NCBI GenBank assembly: GCA_020049345.1
Contig: JAIFKY010000062.1
Coordinates: 1 to 23,350, forward strand
Direction of reading: 5' to 3'
DNA length: 23,350 nucleotides
Origin: Anaerolinea sp.
GTDB taxonomy: Bacteria; Chloroflexota; Anaerolineae; Anaerolineales; Villigracilaceae
In this document: in pieces, positions 1 to 8,478 of the stretch
Layout of the letters: every line of letters begins with the position of its first letter
Numbering within the stretch: position 1 is the first letter of the stretch
Notes under the pieces: model-generated
Told to the model about the DNA's origin: nothing
Databases searched by the model: none
What the model saw: the letters and a program-made list of their open reading frames with translations, nothing else
Translations under genes and position numbers: made by a program

Positions 1-28
1 AATTGCCGTATCAACCACAGGAGGCACG

Positions 29-1296
29 ATGAGCAAAGAAAATGAAGCCGTAATTCTAAGCGCCGCGCGCACAGCCATCGGAAAATTTCAAGGCGGACTG
101 AGCAGCCTCTCTGCTGTAAAACTTGGCGCGGCGGCGGTCAAAGCCGCAGTGGAGCGCGCAGGCATTGACCCAAACGATATTGAAGAAGTCTTGATGGGCA
201 ATGTCATTCAAGCGGGTAACGGACAAGCCCCCGCGCGGCAAGCGGCGATCTTTGCGGGGCTTCCAGCCACAGTCAGCGCGACCACCATCAACAAGGTTTG
301 CGGATCAGGTTTGAAAGCCGTCATGCTTTCGGCGCAAGCCATTCGCGCAGGCGACGCCGATCTCTTCGTAGCAGGCGGCATGGAATCCATGAGCCGTGCG
401 CCGTACCTCGTCAACGGGCGTTCGGGCGAATTGAAGTTCGGTCATCAACCCCTCACCGACGCCCTGCTCCACGACGGGCTGTGGGATCCGTTTGAAAATT
501 GGGGCATGGGCATGGCGGCGGAATTTATCGCGAATGAATACAAAATCACACGCGAGGCGATGGATGAATTTGCGCTTCGCTCCCACCTGAAAGCGGCGGC
601 GGCACAAGAAGCGGGACGGTTCAAGCCTGAGATTTTCCCTGTCCAAATTCCTGGTCGAAAAGGGCGGCGGCACAAGAAGCGGGACGGTTCAAGCCTGAGA
701 TTTTCCCTGTCCAAATTCCTGGTCGAAAAGGCGAAACGACAGCCTTCGACACAGACGAGGGACCGCGCAAAGATACCTCAATTGAGTCGCTTGCCAAACT
801 CAAGCCCGCCTTCAAGGCCGACGGCAAAGTGACCGCAGGCAATGCATCCTCCATGAATGATGGTGCGGCGGCGGTTGTGGTTGCGTCCCGCGCCTACACA
901 GAAAAAAATAATTTCAAACCAATGGCTCACATTACAGGCTACACGCAGGCGGCTTTGGAGCCGAAATATCTGTTTGCCGCGCCTGGGCTGGCAATTCCCA
1001 AACTGTTAAATAAAATCGGCTGGAAACTTGGCGACGTTGATCTCTTTGAAGTCAATGAAGCCTTTGCCGCGCAGGCTCTTGCAAACGGCTACGCCCTCGC
1101 CGATCAAGGCTGGGATTGGGACAAGGTCAATGTCAACGGCGGAGCGATTGCTCTCGGTCACCCACTCGGCGCGAGCGGGGCACGCATACTAACGACTCTG
1201 ATCTACGCCTTGAAAGATCGCGGACTAAAACGCGGAGTCGCTTCGTTATGTTTGGGTGGCGGCGAGGCTGTGGCAATGGCGATTGAGGTTGAGTAA
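29..1296 (+). pseudogene. acetyl-CoA C-acetyltransferase (thiolase II), reading frame broken by an internal 68-bp tandem duplication
   Basis: AGGAGG at 19..24 lies 4 nt upstream of ATG 29. Thiolase signatures are present: NKVCGSGLKA (nucleophile Cys), [24 protein letters not shown] and CLGGGEAVAMAIE. The ORF track splits the gene into 29..832 and 829..1296 in different frames. Deleting one copy (663..730) gives a continuous ...[46 protein letters not shown]... and a 399-aa product. Confidence 0.85.
595..730. repeat. perfect 2 x 68-bp tandem duplication inside the thiolase gene
   Basis: Bases 595..662 (ggcggcggcacaagaagcgggacggttcaagcctgagattttccctgtccaaattcctggtcgaaaag) are repeated exactly at 663..730. 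I compared them base by base. Confidence 0.95.
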
Positions 1297-1318
1297 TTGA
1301 CAAATTGGAGAATTGACA

Positions 1319-1804
1319 ATGGATAAAACCGAACGCAGCGAAAAAATGGAACTCTACGGGCGTGGATTCAGCCTGTTGGAAGCGGCTCTGGCCGAGGCGC
1401 CGCAGGAGGCGATGAAGTTCAAGCCCGTACCAAACGAGTGGAGCATCCACGAGATCATCATCCACATCGCGGATAGTGAATCGAATGCCGCGTTACGCGC
1501 GCGCAAACTGATCGTCGAACCCGGCGGCGTGTTGATGGGCTACGATCAAGATGCGTGGGCTGACACGTTAAATTATCACGAACACAATTTTGAAGACGCG
1601 CTGGAAGTTACAAGACTCGCAAGAAAAACGACTTACGAATTGCTCAAAAGACAGCCTGACGAAGTTTTCACCCACTCCATTATCCACCCTGAATATGAAG
1701 CGCCGTACACTTTTGAGCAATGGATCAATATTTACTCGGCACATATCCCAGGGCATATTGAACAGATCAAAAATAATATGCGTCTATGGAAAGAGCAAAA
1801 ATGA
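1319..1804 (+). CDS. DinB-family (DinB_2-like) metal-dependent protein
   Basis: The size is about 160 aa. The conserved His pattern (IIIHIADSE ... HIPGHIEQI) is typical of the DinB four-helix bundle. GGAG at 1307..1310 precedes ATG 1319; the track start at 1313 is a TTG. The stop overlaps the hbd start (ATGA at 1801..1804). Confidence 0.6.
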   Translation: MDKTERSEKMELYGRGFSLLEAALAEAPQEAMKFKPVPNEWSIHEIIIHIADSESNAALRARKLIVEPGGVLMGYDQDAWADTLNYHEHNFEDALEVTRLARKTTYELLKRQPDEVFTHSIIHPEYEAPYTFEQWINIYSAHIPGHIEQIKNNMRLWKEQK

Positions 1805-2646
1805 ATATCAAAAATATTTTTATCGTCGGCGCGGGGACGATGGGCAACGGCATCGCACAGGCTGCCGCAACATCAGGCTATCAAGTCACCTGCATGGATG
1901 TTCAGCCTGCCGCGTTGGAAAAAGCCAAAGCGACGATTGCAAAATCGACTGCGAAGTTGTTGGAGAAGGGCGTGATCCATGCTGAGCAAAAATCGGCGGC
2001 GAACGCAATTCAATTCGTGACAAATATGGATACGATGAAAGCCGCAGATTTAGTGATCGAAGCCGCAACCGAAAACCCCGAATTGAAATTCAAAATTTTC
2101 AAAGACATGGACGCCAACGCGCGCGAAGGCGCGATTCTGGCGAGCAACACTTCGTCAATTTCGATCACGAAGATCGCAGCAGTGACCAGCCGTCCCGATA
2201 AAGTGATCGGAATGCACTTCATGAATCCCGTGCCGTTGATGAAACTGGTCGAAGTCATTCGCGGACTGGCAACCCATGACGAAACACGCGACACAGTTTT
2301 TGAAGTGATTCAGCAAATGAACAAGTCGCCCGTAGAAGCAAATGATTCGCCTGGGTTTATTTCAAACCGCATTTTATGTCCAATGATTAACGAAGCCATT
2401 TTCGCTTTGCAGGAAAATGTTGGCACGCCTGAAGCAATTGACACTGTGATGAAGTTGGGCATGAATCATCCCATGGGTCCGCTGACATTGGCAGACCTGA
2501 TTGGGCTTGACGTTGTTTTGTTCGTGATGGAAGTGTTGCAAAGAGATTTGGGCGAAGATAAATACCGTCCCGCATACTTGTTGCGAAAAATGGTGGACGC
2601 GGGTTATTTGGGAAGAAAAACAGGACGCGGATTTTACAAATATTAA
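1801..2646 (+). CDS. hbd: 3-hydroxybutyryl-CoA dehydrogenase (NAD-binding 3-hydroxyacyl-CoA dehydrogenase)
   Basis: The N-terminal Rossmann motif is [20 protein letters not shown]. Family blocks [53 protein letters not shown] and [11 protein letters not shown] are present. ATG 1801 is preferred over the upstream in-frame start at 1786. Confidence 0.9.
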   Translation: MNIKNIFIVGAGTMGNGIAQAAATSGYQVTCMDVQPAALEKAKATIAKSTAKLLEKGVIHAEQKSAANAIQFVTNMDTMKAADLVIEAATENPELKFKIFKDMDANAREGAILASNTSSISITKIAAVTSRPDKVIGMHFMNPVPLMKLVEVIRGLATHDETRDTVFEVIQQMNKSPVEANDSPGFISNRILCPMINEAIFALQENVGTPEAIDTVMKLGMNHPMGPLTLADLIGLDVVLFVMEVLQRDLGEDKYRPAYLLRKMVDAGYLGRKTGRGFYKY

Positions 2647-2685
2647 TATTTGACTCATCCTCTCAACCCTGCTATTATCTTTTTC

Positions 2686-4029
2686 ATGCGGAATAATTTC
2701 ATCGAACGCATCTGGCGCACCCTGCGCGATATTCCACGTTGGTTTCGTCCAGGTTTGGGCATTAAACGTTGGTACGCTCTGGTAATGATTGGCATTACAT
2801 TATTGGGGCTGGGTTTTGCAGTCTTAATAATTGACCTGTACCGCACCGACTCTTCCAATCCCATTTTACTTACATTCCTCACCTACGCATCCCTGCGATT
2901 TATTCCACGCGTCTGGCGCGCAATCATTTTTGGCGGGTTGGGTATTGGACTTGTGGTGTATGGTATTTTGCGGCTTAACCGTTCGCTACTGCAACCGTTC
3001 ATTCGCCCAGGTTCTGATGTGTTTGATCAGATCACAGATTACCGCCGCCGCGAACGCGGCCCGCGTATCGTAACAATCGGCGGAGGTCACGGACTGGCAA
3101 CGCTTTTACGTGGATTAAAAACGCACACCCGCAACCTGACGGCTGTTGTCACCGTTGCGGATGATGGCGGCTCCTCTGGCAGATTGCGCGAGAGCCACGG
3201 CATCCTTCCGCCTGGCGATATTCGCAATTGTCTCGCCGCACTCTCCAACGACGAAGCCCTGCTCACCCAACTCTTTCAATATCGTTTTAGCGGATCCCCT
3301 GACCTTGAAGGTCATTCATTTGGGAATCTTTTCATCACAGCGCTGGCTGATATTACAGGCAGTTTTGAAGATGCCGTTGCTGAATCAGGCCGCGTACTTT
3401 CGGTCAATGGACGAGTGTTGCCCTCAACCTTGCATAATGTTAAACTGGTCGCCAGCATGGAACTGCCGCACTCACTTAACGAAGTGCGCGTGGAAGGTGA
3501 AAGTAAAATTCCCACAATGGCGGGCAGAGTCAACCGCGTATGGCTCGAACCAGATAATGCATCTGCATTCCCGCCTGTCATCAAATCCATATTAAATGCA
3601 GATGTAATCATCGTCGGGCCCGGCAGCCTTTACACCAGCCTCCTGCCCAACCTGCTTGTGAATGACCTACTGGCCGCCATGCAAGCCAGCCGCGCCATAA
3701 AAATATATGTTTGCAATATTGCCACCCAATCTGGCGAAACTGATTTTTTCACCTGCTATGACCATATCCGCGCGCTCGAAAATCATGTCGGCGAAGATCT
3801 GTTCGATATTATTTTATGCAACAATAATTACGAGAATAATATTGGATCATCGCAATGGGTTCTTGCAGATGAAAAAACACTCTCAGACTCACGCACCCAT
3901 TGCTCTGACCTTGTAGATGATGGACACCCCTGGCGGCACGACTCGATCAAACTGGCACAGGTCATCATGGATATTTTTTATGAACGCACAGGACCATTAA
4001 GTGAAAACGGCATCCAGCAGATGCTATAA
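2686..4029 (+). CDS. yvcK: YvcK/CuvA-like gluconeogenesis-factor family protein (UPF0052, CofD-like) with an N-terminal two-helix membrane anchor
   Basis: Core motifs are IVTIGGGHGLATLLRGLK, VVTVADDGGSSGRLR, ILPPGDIRNCL, GHSFGNLFI and IIVGPGSLYTSLLPNL. Two hydrophobic helices precede the domain (WYALVMIGITLLGLGFAVLIIDLY and AIIFGGLGIGLVVYGILRL). The start is uncertain: ATG 2686 or TTG 2650, and neither has a clear SD. Confidence 0.8.
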   Translation: MRNNFIERIWRTLRDIPRWFRPGLGIKRWYALVMIGITLLGLGFAVLIIDLYRTDSSNPILLTFLTYASLRFIPRVWRAIIFGGLGIGLVVYGILRLNRSLLQPFIRPGSDVFDQITDYRRRERGPRIVTIGGGHGLATLLRGLKTHTRNLTAVVTVADDGGSSGRLRESHGILPPGDIRNCLAALSNDEALLTQLFQYRFSGSPDLEGHSFGNLFITALADITGSFEDAVAESGRVLSVNGRVLPSTLHNVKLVASMELPHSLNEVRVEGESKIPTMAGRVNRVWLEPDNASAFPPVIKSILNADVIIVGPGSLYTSLLPNLLVNDLLAAMQASRAIKIYVCNIATQSGETDFFTCYDHIRALENHVGEDLFDIILCNNNYENNIGSSQWVLADEKTLSDSRTHCSDLVDDGHPWRHDSIKLAQVIMDIFYERTGPLSENGIQQML

Positions 4030-4060
4030 TTCAGCCAATCTTATGTTAAAATAACAAAGA

Positions 4061-4078
4061 TTGTGCAAAAAATCACAA
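4061..4078. promoter_or_regulatory. 18-bp palindromic operator candidate upstream of gap (Rex-type TTGTGAA-N4-TTCACAA, or CRP/FNR-type TGTGA-N6-TCACA)
   Basis: The sequence TTGTGCAAAAAATCACAA has one mismatch per half-site to the Rex consensus. It ends 28 nt upstream of the gap ATG. A perfect TATAAT at 4025..4030 overlaps the yvcK stop. Confidence 0.4.
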
Positions 4079-4106
4079 GACTACATTTTCTTTAAGGAGA
4101 TTTAAA

Positions 4107-5165
4107 ATGACAATAAAAGTTGGTATTAATGGCTTCGGCCGCATTGGACGACAGGTAATTAAAGCGATCCGCGATAAGTACCCCACCGAACTTGAGGTTG
4201 TTGCCTTTAACGATATTGGCGATGTAAAGACAATGGCTCACCTGCTCAAATACGATTCGACCTATGGCCGTTTCGAAGGCACCGTGGAAATTGCCGGCGA
4301 GGATCTTTTGATCGATGGGAAGAAAGTCAAAGTCTTCAAAGAGACCGACCCCTCCAACATCATGTGGAAAGACTTGGGCATTGACATCGTCATCGAATCA
4401 ACCGGTCTGTTCACCATCAAGGAAGACGGCGTCAACAAGAAGGGCAAGACCGTCAAGGGCGCAGTCAACCACATCACCTCTGGTGGCGCCAAGAAAGTCA
4501 TCATCTCAGCCCCCGCTGAAGGCGAAGACTTGACCGTTGTTCTCGGCGTGAACGAAGACAAGTACGATTCCGCCAAGCACCATGTCGTTTCAAATGCTTC
4601 CTGCACCACAAACTGCCTTGCGCCTGCCGCCAAAGTAGTGCATGACCTGTACAGCATCAAGCGCGGCTTTATGACCACCATCCACTCCTACACCAACGAC
4701 CAGAAAGTGCTCGACATGCCGCATTCAGACCTGCGCCGCGCCCGCGCTGCCGGATTAAACATCATCCCGACCACCACCGGCGCCGCCAAGGCTATCGCTC
4801 TGGTCATTCCTGAATTGAAGGGCAAGTTCGATGGTTATTCCCTGCGCGTCCCGACCCCCACAGTTTCCGTAGTGGATTTCACCGCTGAACTCGAAAAAGA
4901 AACCACCACCGAAGAACTGCGCCAGGCATTCCGCGATGCCGCCAAGACACCGCGCTTCAAAGGCATCCTCGAAGCCGTGGACGAACCCTTGGTCAGCATG
5001 GACTTCAAGGGCAGCCCGTACAGCTCCTCAGTTGATTTGCCGTTCACATCCGTCCTCGGCAAAGACAAGAGCAACTTCATCAAAGTCGTCACCTGGTACG
5101 ATAATGAATGGGGTTATTCCTGCCGCACAGCCGATCTCGCGGCGTTGATGGCGAAATCCCTGTAA
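4107..5165 (+). CDS. gap: type I glyceraldehyde-3-phosphate dehydrogenase
   Basis: AAGGAGA SD lies upstream. The N-terminus is [15 protein letters not shown]. The active site [12 protein letters not shown] and the block WYDNEWGYS are present. Confidence 0.95.
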   Translation: MTIKVGINGFGRIGRQVIKAIRDKYPTELEVVAFNDIGDVKTMAHLLKYDSTYGRFEGTVEIAGEDLLIDGKKVKVFKETDPSNIMWKDLGIDIVIESTGLFTIKEDGVNKKGKTVKGAVNHITSGGAKKVIISAPAEGEDLTVVLGVNEDKYDSAKHHVVSNASCTTNCLAPAAKVVHDLYSIKRGFMTTIHSYTNDQKVLDMPHSDLRRARAAGLNIIPTTTGAAKAIALVIPELKGKFDGYSLRVPTPTVSVVDFTAELEKETTTEELRQAFRDAAKTPRFKGILEAVDEPLVSMDFKGSPYSSSVDLPFTSVLGKDKSNFIKVVTWYDNEWGYSCRTADLAALMAKSL

Positions 5166-5227
5166 TTGGTAAATAGTAAATTGGTAGATTGGGAAACTGG
5201 TCTACCAATTTTACTAATTTACCAATT
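5163..5227 (+). repeat. long AT-rich intercistronic hairpin starting on the gap stop codon (TAATTGGTAA-type repeat family)
   Basis: The left arm is taattggtaaatagtaaattggtaga (5163..5188) and the loop is 5189..5200. The right arm is tctaccaattttactaatttaccaatt (5201..5227). About 25 bp pair, with two 1-nt bulges. It shares ttactaatTtacca with the spacers at 19056..19069 and 22496..22509. Confidence 0.8.
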
Positions 5228-5247
5228 CCCAATTTACCGAGGAATTT

Positions 5248-6420
5248 ATGAACAAGAAAACTGTAAAAGATATCGATCTCAAAGGCAAACGCGTGATTAT
5301 GCGCGTCGATTTCAACGTGCCGATGGCAGATGGCAAAGTAACGGATGATAAGCGCATCAAAGCGGCGCTGCCAACCATTAATTATGTTTTGGAACAAGGC
5401 GCATCCTTGCTTTTGATGAGTCACTTGGGACGCCCCAAAGGCGGCCCCGATGCCGAATTCAGCCTGAAAGCCGCTTCGGAAGCATTGTCAGCGCTGTTGG
5501 GCAAGCCGGTCAAGATGGCTCCTGATTGCGTCGGCGCAGAAGTTGAAAAGATGGCACAGGAAATGAAACCCGGCGATGTGATCATGCTGGAGAACACCCG
5601 CTTCCACAAGGGCGAAGAGAAGAACGACCTTGACCTCGCCAAGCAAATGGCCGCGCTCGGTGAAGTGTACGTCAATGATGCATTTGGTTCTGCTCACCGC
5701 GCCCACTCCTCCACCGAAGGCATTGCACGCTTCCTGCCCGCCGTTTCCGGCTTCCTGATGGAACAGGAACTTGAATATCTTGGTCGCGCAGTTGCGAACC
5801 CTGAACATCCCTACATCGCCATTCTCGGCGGAGCAAAGATCAGCGACAAGATTTTGGTTGTGGAAACTCTTGCATCCAAATGTGACAAACTGATCATCGG
5901 CGGCGGCATGGCAAATACCTTCCTCACCGCGAAGGGATTGAACATGCAAGACAGCCTTGTCGAAGCAGAGGCGCTTGAAACTGCAAAAACTTTGCTTGCC
6001 AAACTTGGCGACAAATTGATCCTGCCTGTGGACGCAATCATCGCCGATAAATTCGATGCGGAAGCCAACACTCAAACTGTGGATGTGGATAAAATCCCCG
6101 CAGGCTGGCGCATGTTGGATGTGGGTCCGAAGACCATCGAAGCCTACAAAGCCGTGATTGGTACAGCCAAGCTGGTCGTTTGGAATGGTCCCGTGGGCGT
6201 CTTTGAAATGCCGAAGTTTGCCGAAGGCACGTTCGCCCTTGCCCGCATGTTAGCCGAATCCAGCGCGATCACGGTCATCGGCGGCGGCGACTCGGCCAGC
6301 GCGGTCAAGAAGGCAGGCGTTGCCAAACAAATGACGCATGTCTCCACTGGCGGCGGCGCTTCGCTCGAATTCCTGGAAGGAAAAGAACTGCCCGGCGTTG
6401 CTGCGTTGCTCGATAAATAG
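5248..6420 (+). CDS. pgk: phosphoglycerate kinase
   Basis: GAGG at 5239..5242 precedes the start. The N-terminus is [25 protein letters not shown]. Blocks [21 protein letters not shown] and [19 protein letters not shown] are present. Confidence 0.95.
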   Translation: MNKKTVKDIDLKGKRVIMRVDFNVPMADGKVTDDKRIKAALPTINYVLEQGASLLLMSHLGRPKGGPDAEFSLKAASEALSALLGKPVKMAPDCVGAEVEKMAQEMKPGDVIMLENTRFHKGEEKNDLDLAKQMAALGEVYVNDAFGSAHRAHSSTEGIARFLPAVSGFLMEQELEYLGRAVANPEHPYIAILGGAKISDKILVVETLASKCDKLIIGGGMANTFLTAKGLNMQDSLVEAEALETAKTLLAKLGDKLILPVDAIIADKFDAEANTQTVDVDKIPAGWRMLDVGPKTIEAYKAVIGTAKLVVWNGPVGVFEMPKFAEGTFALARMLAESSAITVIGGGDSASAVKKAGVAKQMTHVSTGGGASLEFLEGKELPGVAALLDK

Positions 6421-6448
6421 TCCTTCGAGATTGACAATGGTTGATACC

Positions 6449-6484
6449 AGAACAGCGCGGAGCTTCTTCGCGCTGTTCTTTAGT
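6449..6484 (+). terminator. intrinsic terminator candidate after pgk
   Basis: An 11-bp stem agaacagcgcg (6449..6459) / cgcgctgttct (6469..6479) has a 9-nt loop and is followed by TTTAG. It lies 29 nt after the pgk stop. The U-tract is short. Confidence 0.55.
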
Positions 6485-6627
6485 CCACTTTGCGGGCTTT
6501 GTAATATTTGCGCTGGCTGACAGCGTAAACAATGCCTCTCGAAACAGAACCAATCTTCCGCTCATTTTCCGCATTTCAATTTACAAACAATTCACATTTA
6601 GCACATCAAAAACTCAATACACTCGAC

Positions 6628-6633
6628 TATAAT
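6628..6633 (+). promoter_or_regulatory. candidate -10 box (TATAAT) for the kinase-tpiA unit
   Basis: A perfect TATAAT sits 28 nt upstream of ATG 6661. No convincing -35 is present. GGAG SD is at 6650..6653. Confidence 0.3.
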
Positions 6634-6660
6634 CTAAAAAAATGCAAGCGGAGATTATGA

Positions 6661-8469
6661 ATGTCTTTCAATATCGGTGAGAACGTTGGTCCCTATCGGA
6701 TCATCGAACAACTTGGACAGGGTGGCATGGCGACGGTTTATAAAGCCTATCATGCTTCACTTGATCGCTACGTTGCCTTAAAAGTTCTACACCCGGCTTT
6801 TCATCAAGATCAAACATTCATCACGCGCTTCCAACGCGAAGCGCGCGTGGTTGCGCGTTTGGAACACCCCAACATTGTCCCAATTTATGACTATTCCGAA
6901 CATGAATCGCGTCCTTTTCTTGTAATGAAATATATTGAAGGGGATACGCTCAAGGCGCGTTTGAACCAGGGTCCGCTGACTTCAGAAGAGATCGAACAGG
7001 TGGTCAATTCAGTTGGCGCTGCGCTGGCGTACGCGCACAAACAGGGCATTTTGCATCGTGATGTCAAACCGTCAAATGTGATGATCGCAACAGACGGCGC
7101 AATGTACCTCGCAGATTTTGGACTCGCGCGCATTGCAGAAGCAGGTGAATCTACCATGTCATCTGATTCGATCATGGGCACACCGCAATACATCTCGCCT
7201 GAGCAGGCAATGGGCAAGAAAGACCTCGATGCCGGCACGGATATTTATTCCTTCGGTGTCATGCTGTATGAAATGGTGGTGGGGCAAGTCCCGTTCAGCG
7301 CAGATACGCCCTTCTCCATCATTCACGATCATATTTACACGCCCCTGCCTTTACCCAAAAAGGTGAACCCAAATGTGCCTGAGCCTGTTCAACGTGTTTT
7401 ATTAAAAGCGCTTGCAAAAGATCGCCTTGACCGTTACACCGCAACCGAAGAGTTAATGACAGCCTTCAAAGAAGCGTGGACAGAAGCGGGCGTGCCGATG
7501 CAAGGCACAGCCATCGTCATGCGCTCAAGCATGTCAAAAGACAAAACGGGTTCAAAAAGACAAAACTTCATCCAGAATGAAAAAGCGGCAGCCATTGAAA
7601 GCCGGTCAAAGAAATTCTCACCGTGGATGTGGGTAAGCATTGGATTAGTTGCCCTGCTTTGTTTGACCATAGCGCTGCTTGCAATCCGAAAGAATCGATC
7701 CGCTCCCCCGCCAAACCAGCCAATTGCGGCAACAGCGATCATTCCTGCCACAGTTGCGCCGACACAAATACTTCCAGCCACCCCATTACCTCCTCCCGAA
7801 AACGGAGAAGCCGCTGGAAACCCTAATCTGCCTACTTTTCAAAATGCCTCGCCCGAATTAAAAGCGGCGATTGAACTGGTTGCCAAAAACCCAAATGATC
7901 CTGACGCTCATTTGAATCTATCCATCGCGCTGTTGGAATCAAAAGAAAATGCTCGCGCTGCAATGGAAGAACTGGTACAAGCCGCAAATTTAGCGGGACC
8001 CGACAACAAGGATTTTCTCCTGAAAGCCGCGGAAAAATTCAAAGAACGCGGAGCATGGGTACCCGCCGCAGGAATGTATTTGCGTTTGAATCAGGCTTAT
8101 CATAATGAAATCGTACCCATGGAAGTCAGAAATAATTTCCACGAGGCTGTCTACAAAGCCACTGAACAAAAAGACATGCCGCTCTTCGTACTCTTTGAGC
8201 GGATTGACAATGTAGACCCGGGGCTTGGCCACATTGCGCGCGGACGGTACGCCCTGTACAACGACATAGGCGACGCGCAAATACAACTTGCCAAAGCAGA
8301 AAATATGACGCCAAAAATGCACGAAGCAACTTTACTAAAAGCAGAAATTGAAATGCAATCGGGCAATCAGGCAGAGGCGAAAAACACCCTGTTACCGCTT
8401 TCCTCTGATCCTCAAACGCCCGAATGGATTCGCCTCATGGCGGAAAACTATCTCAAAACCATACAATAG
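6661..8469 (+). CDS. Hanks-type Ser/Thr protein kinase, single-pass membrane protein with a Pro-rich linker and a TPR-like extracytoplasmic C-terminal domain
   Basis: Kinase motifs are GQGGMATVYKA, VALKVL, HRDVKPSNVM, DFGLAR and GTPQYISPEQ. The TM helix is WMWVSIGLVALLCLTIALLAI, followed by a Pro-rich segment and helical repeats. Confidence 0.9.
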   Translation: MSFNIGENVGPYRIIEQLGQGGMATVYKAYHASLDRYVALKVLHPAFHQDQTFITRFQREARVVARLEHPNIVPIYDYSEHESRPFLVMKYIEGDTLKARLNQGPLTSEEIEQVVNSVGAALAYAHKQGILHRDVKPSNVMIATDGAMYLADFGLARIAEAGESTMSSDSIMGTPQYISPEQAMGKKDLDAGTDIYSFGVMLYEMVVGQVPFSADTPFSIIHDHIYTPLPLPKKVNPNVPEPVQRVLLKALAKDRLDRYTATEELMTAFKEAWTEAGVPMQGTAIVMRSSMSKDKTGSKRQNFIQNEKAAAIESRSKKFSPWMWVSIGLVALLCLTIALLAIRKNRSAPPPNQPIAATAIIPATVAPTQILPATPLPPPENGEAAGNPNLPTFQNASPELKAAIELVAKNPNDPDAHLNLSIALLESKENARAAMEELVQAANLAGPDNKDFLLKAAEKFKERGAWVPAAGMYLRLNQAYHNEIVPMEVRNNFHEAVYKATEQKDMPLFVLFERIDNVDPGLGHIARGRYALYNDIGDAQIQLAKAENMTPKMHEATLLKAEIEMQSGNQAEAKNTLLPLSSDPQTPEWIRLMAENYLKTIQ

Positions 8470-8478
8470 GAAATCATC

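Noticed and set aside
29-1296. Reading ORFs 29..832 and 829..1296 as two separate genes.
   Set aside because: Together they form one thiolase with N- and C-terminal catalytic motifs. The tail of the first ORF ([18 protein letters not shown]...) is an out-of-frame translation of the duplicated 68 bp and downstream thiolase sequence.
1295-1319. The direct repeat aattgacaa (1295..1303 and 1311..1319) between the thiolase and DinB genes as a regulatory site.
   Set aside because: It is only 9 bp, overlaps the stop and SD region, and has no symmetry or recurrence elsewhere in the window.
1590-1985. Alternate-frame plus-strand ORFs (1590..1985, 2831..3073, 3146..3595, 4315..4533, 8585..8803, 8894..9193).
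   Set aside because: They overlap recognised genes in other frames and have Arg/Ser/Pro-rich translations typical of off-frame reading. None has an independent start signal.
5488-6075. A 195-aa minus-strand ORF. Similar antisense ORFs occur at 4262..4681, 6891..7238, 7434..7781 and 7990..8322.
   Set aside because: All lie entirely antisense within strongly supported genes (pgk, gap and the kinase). None has a recognisable motif.
6431-6436. A perfect TTGACA after pgk as a -35 box.
   Set aside because: No -10-like hexamer lies 16-19 nt downstream. The hexamer sits immediately upstream of the terminator hairpin, so a transcript from it would terminate at once.
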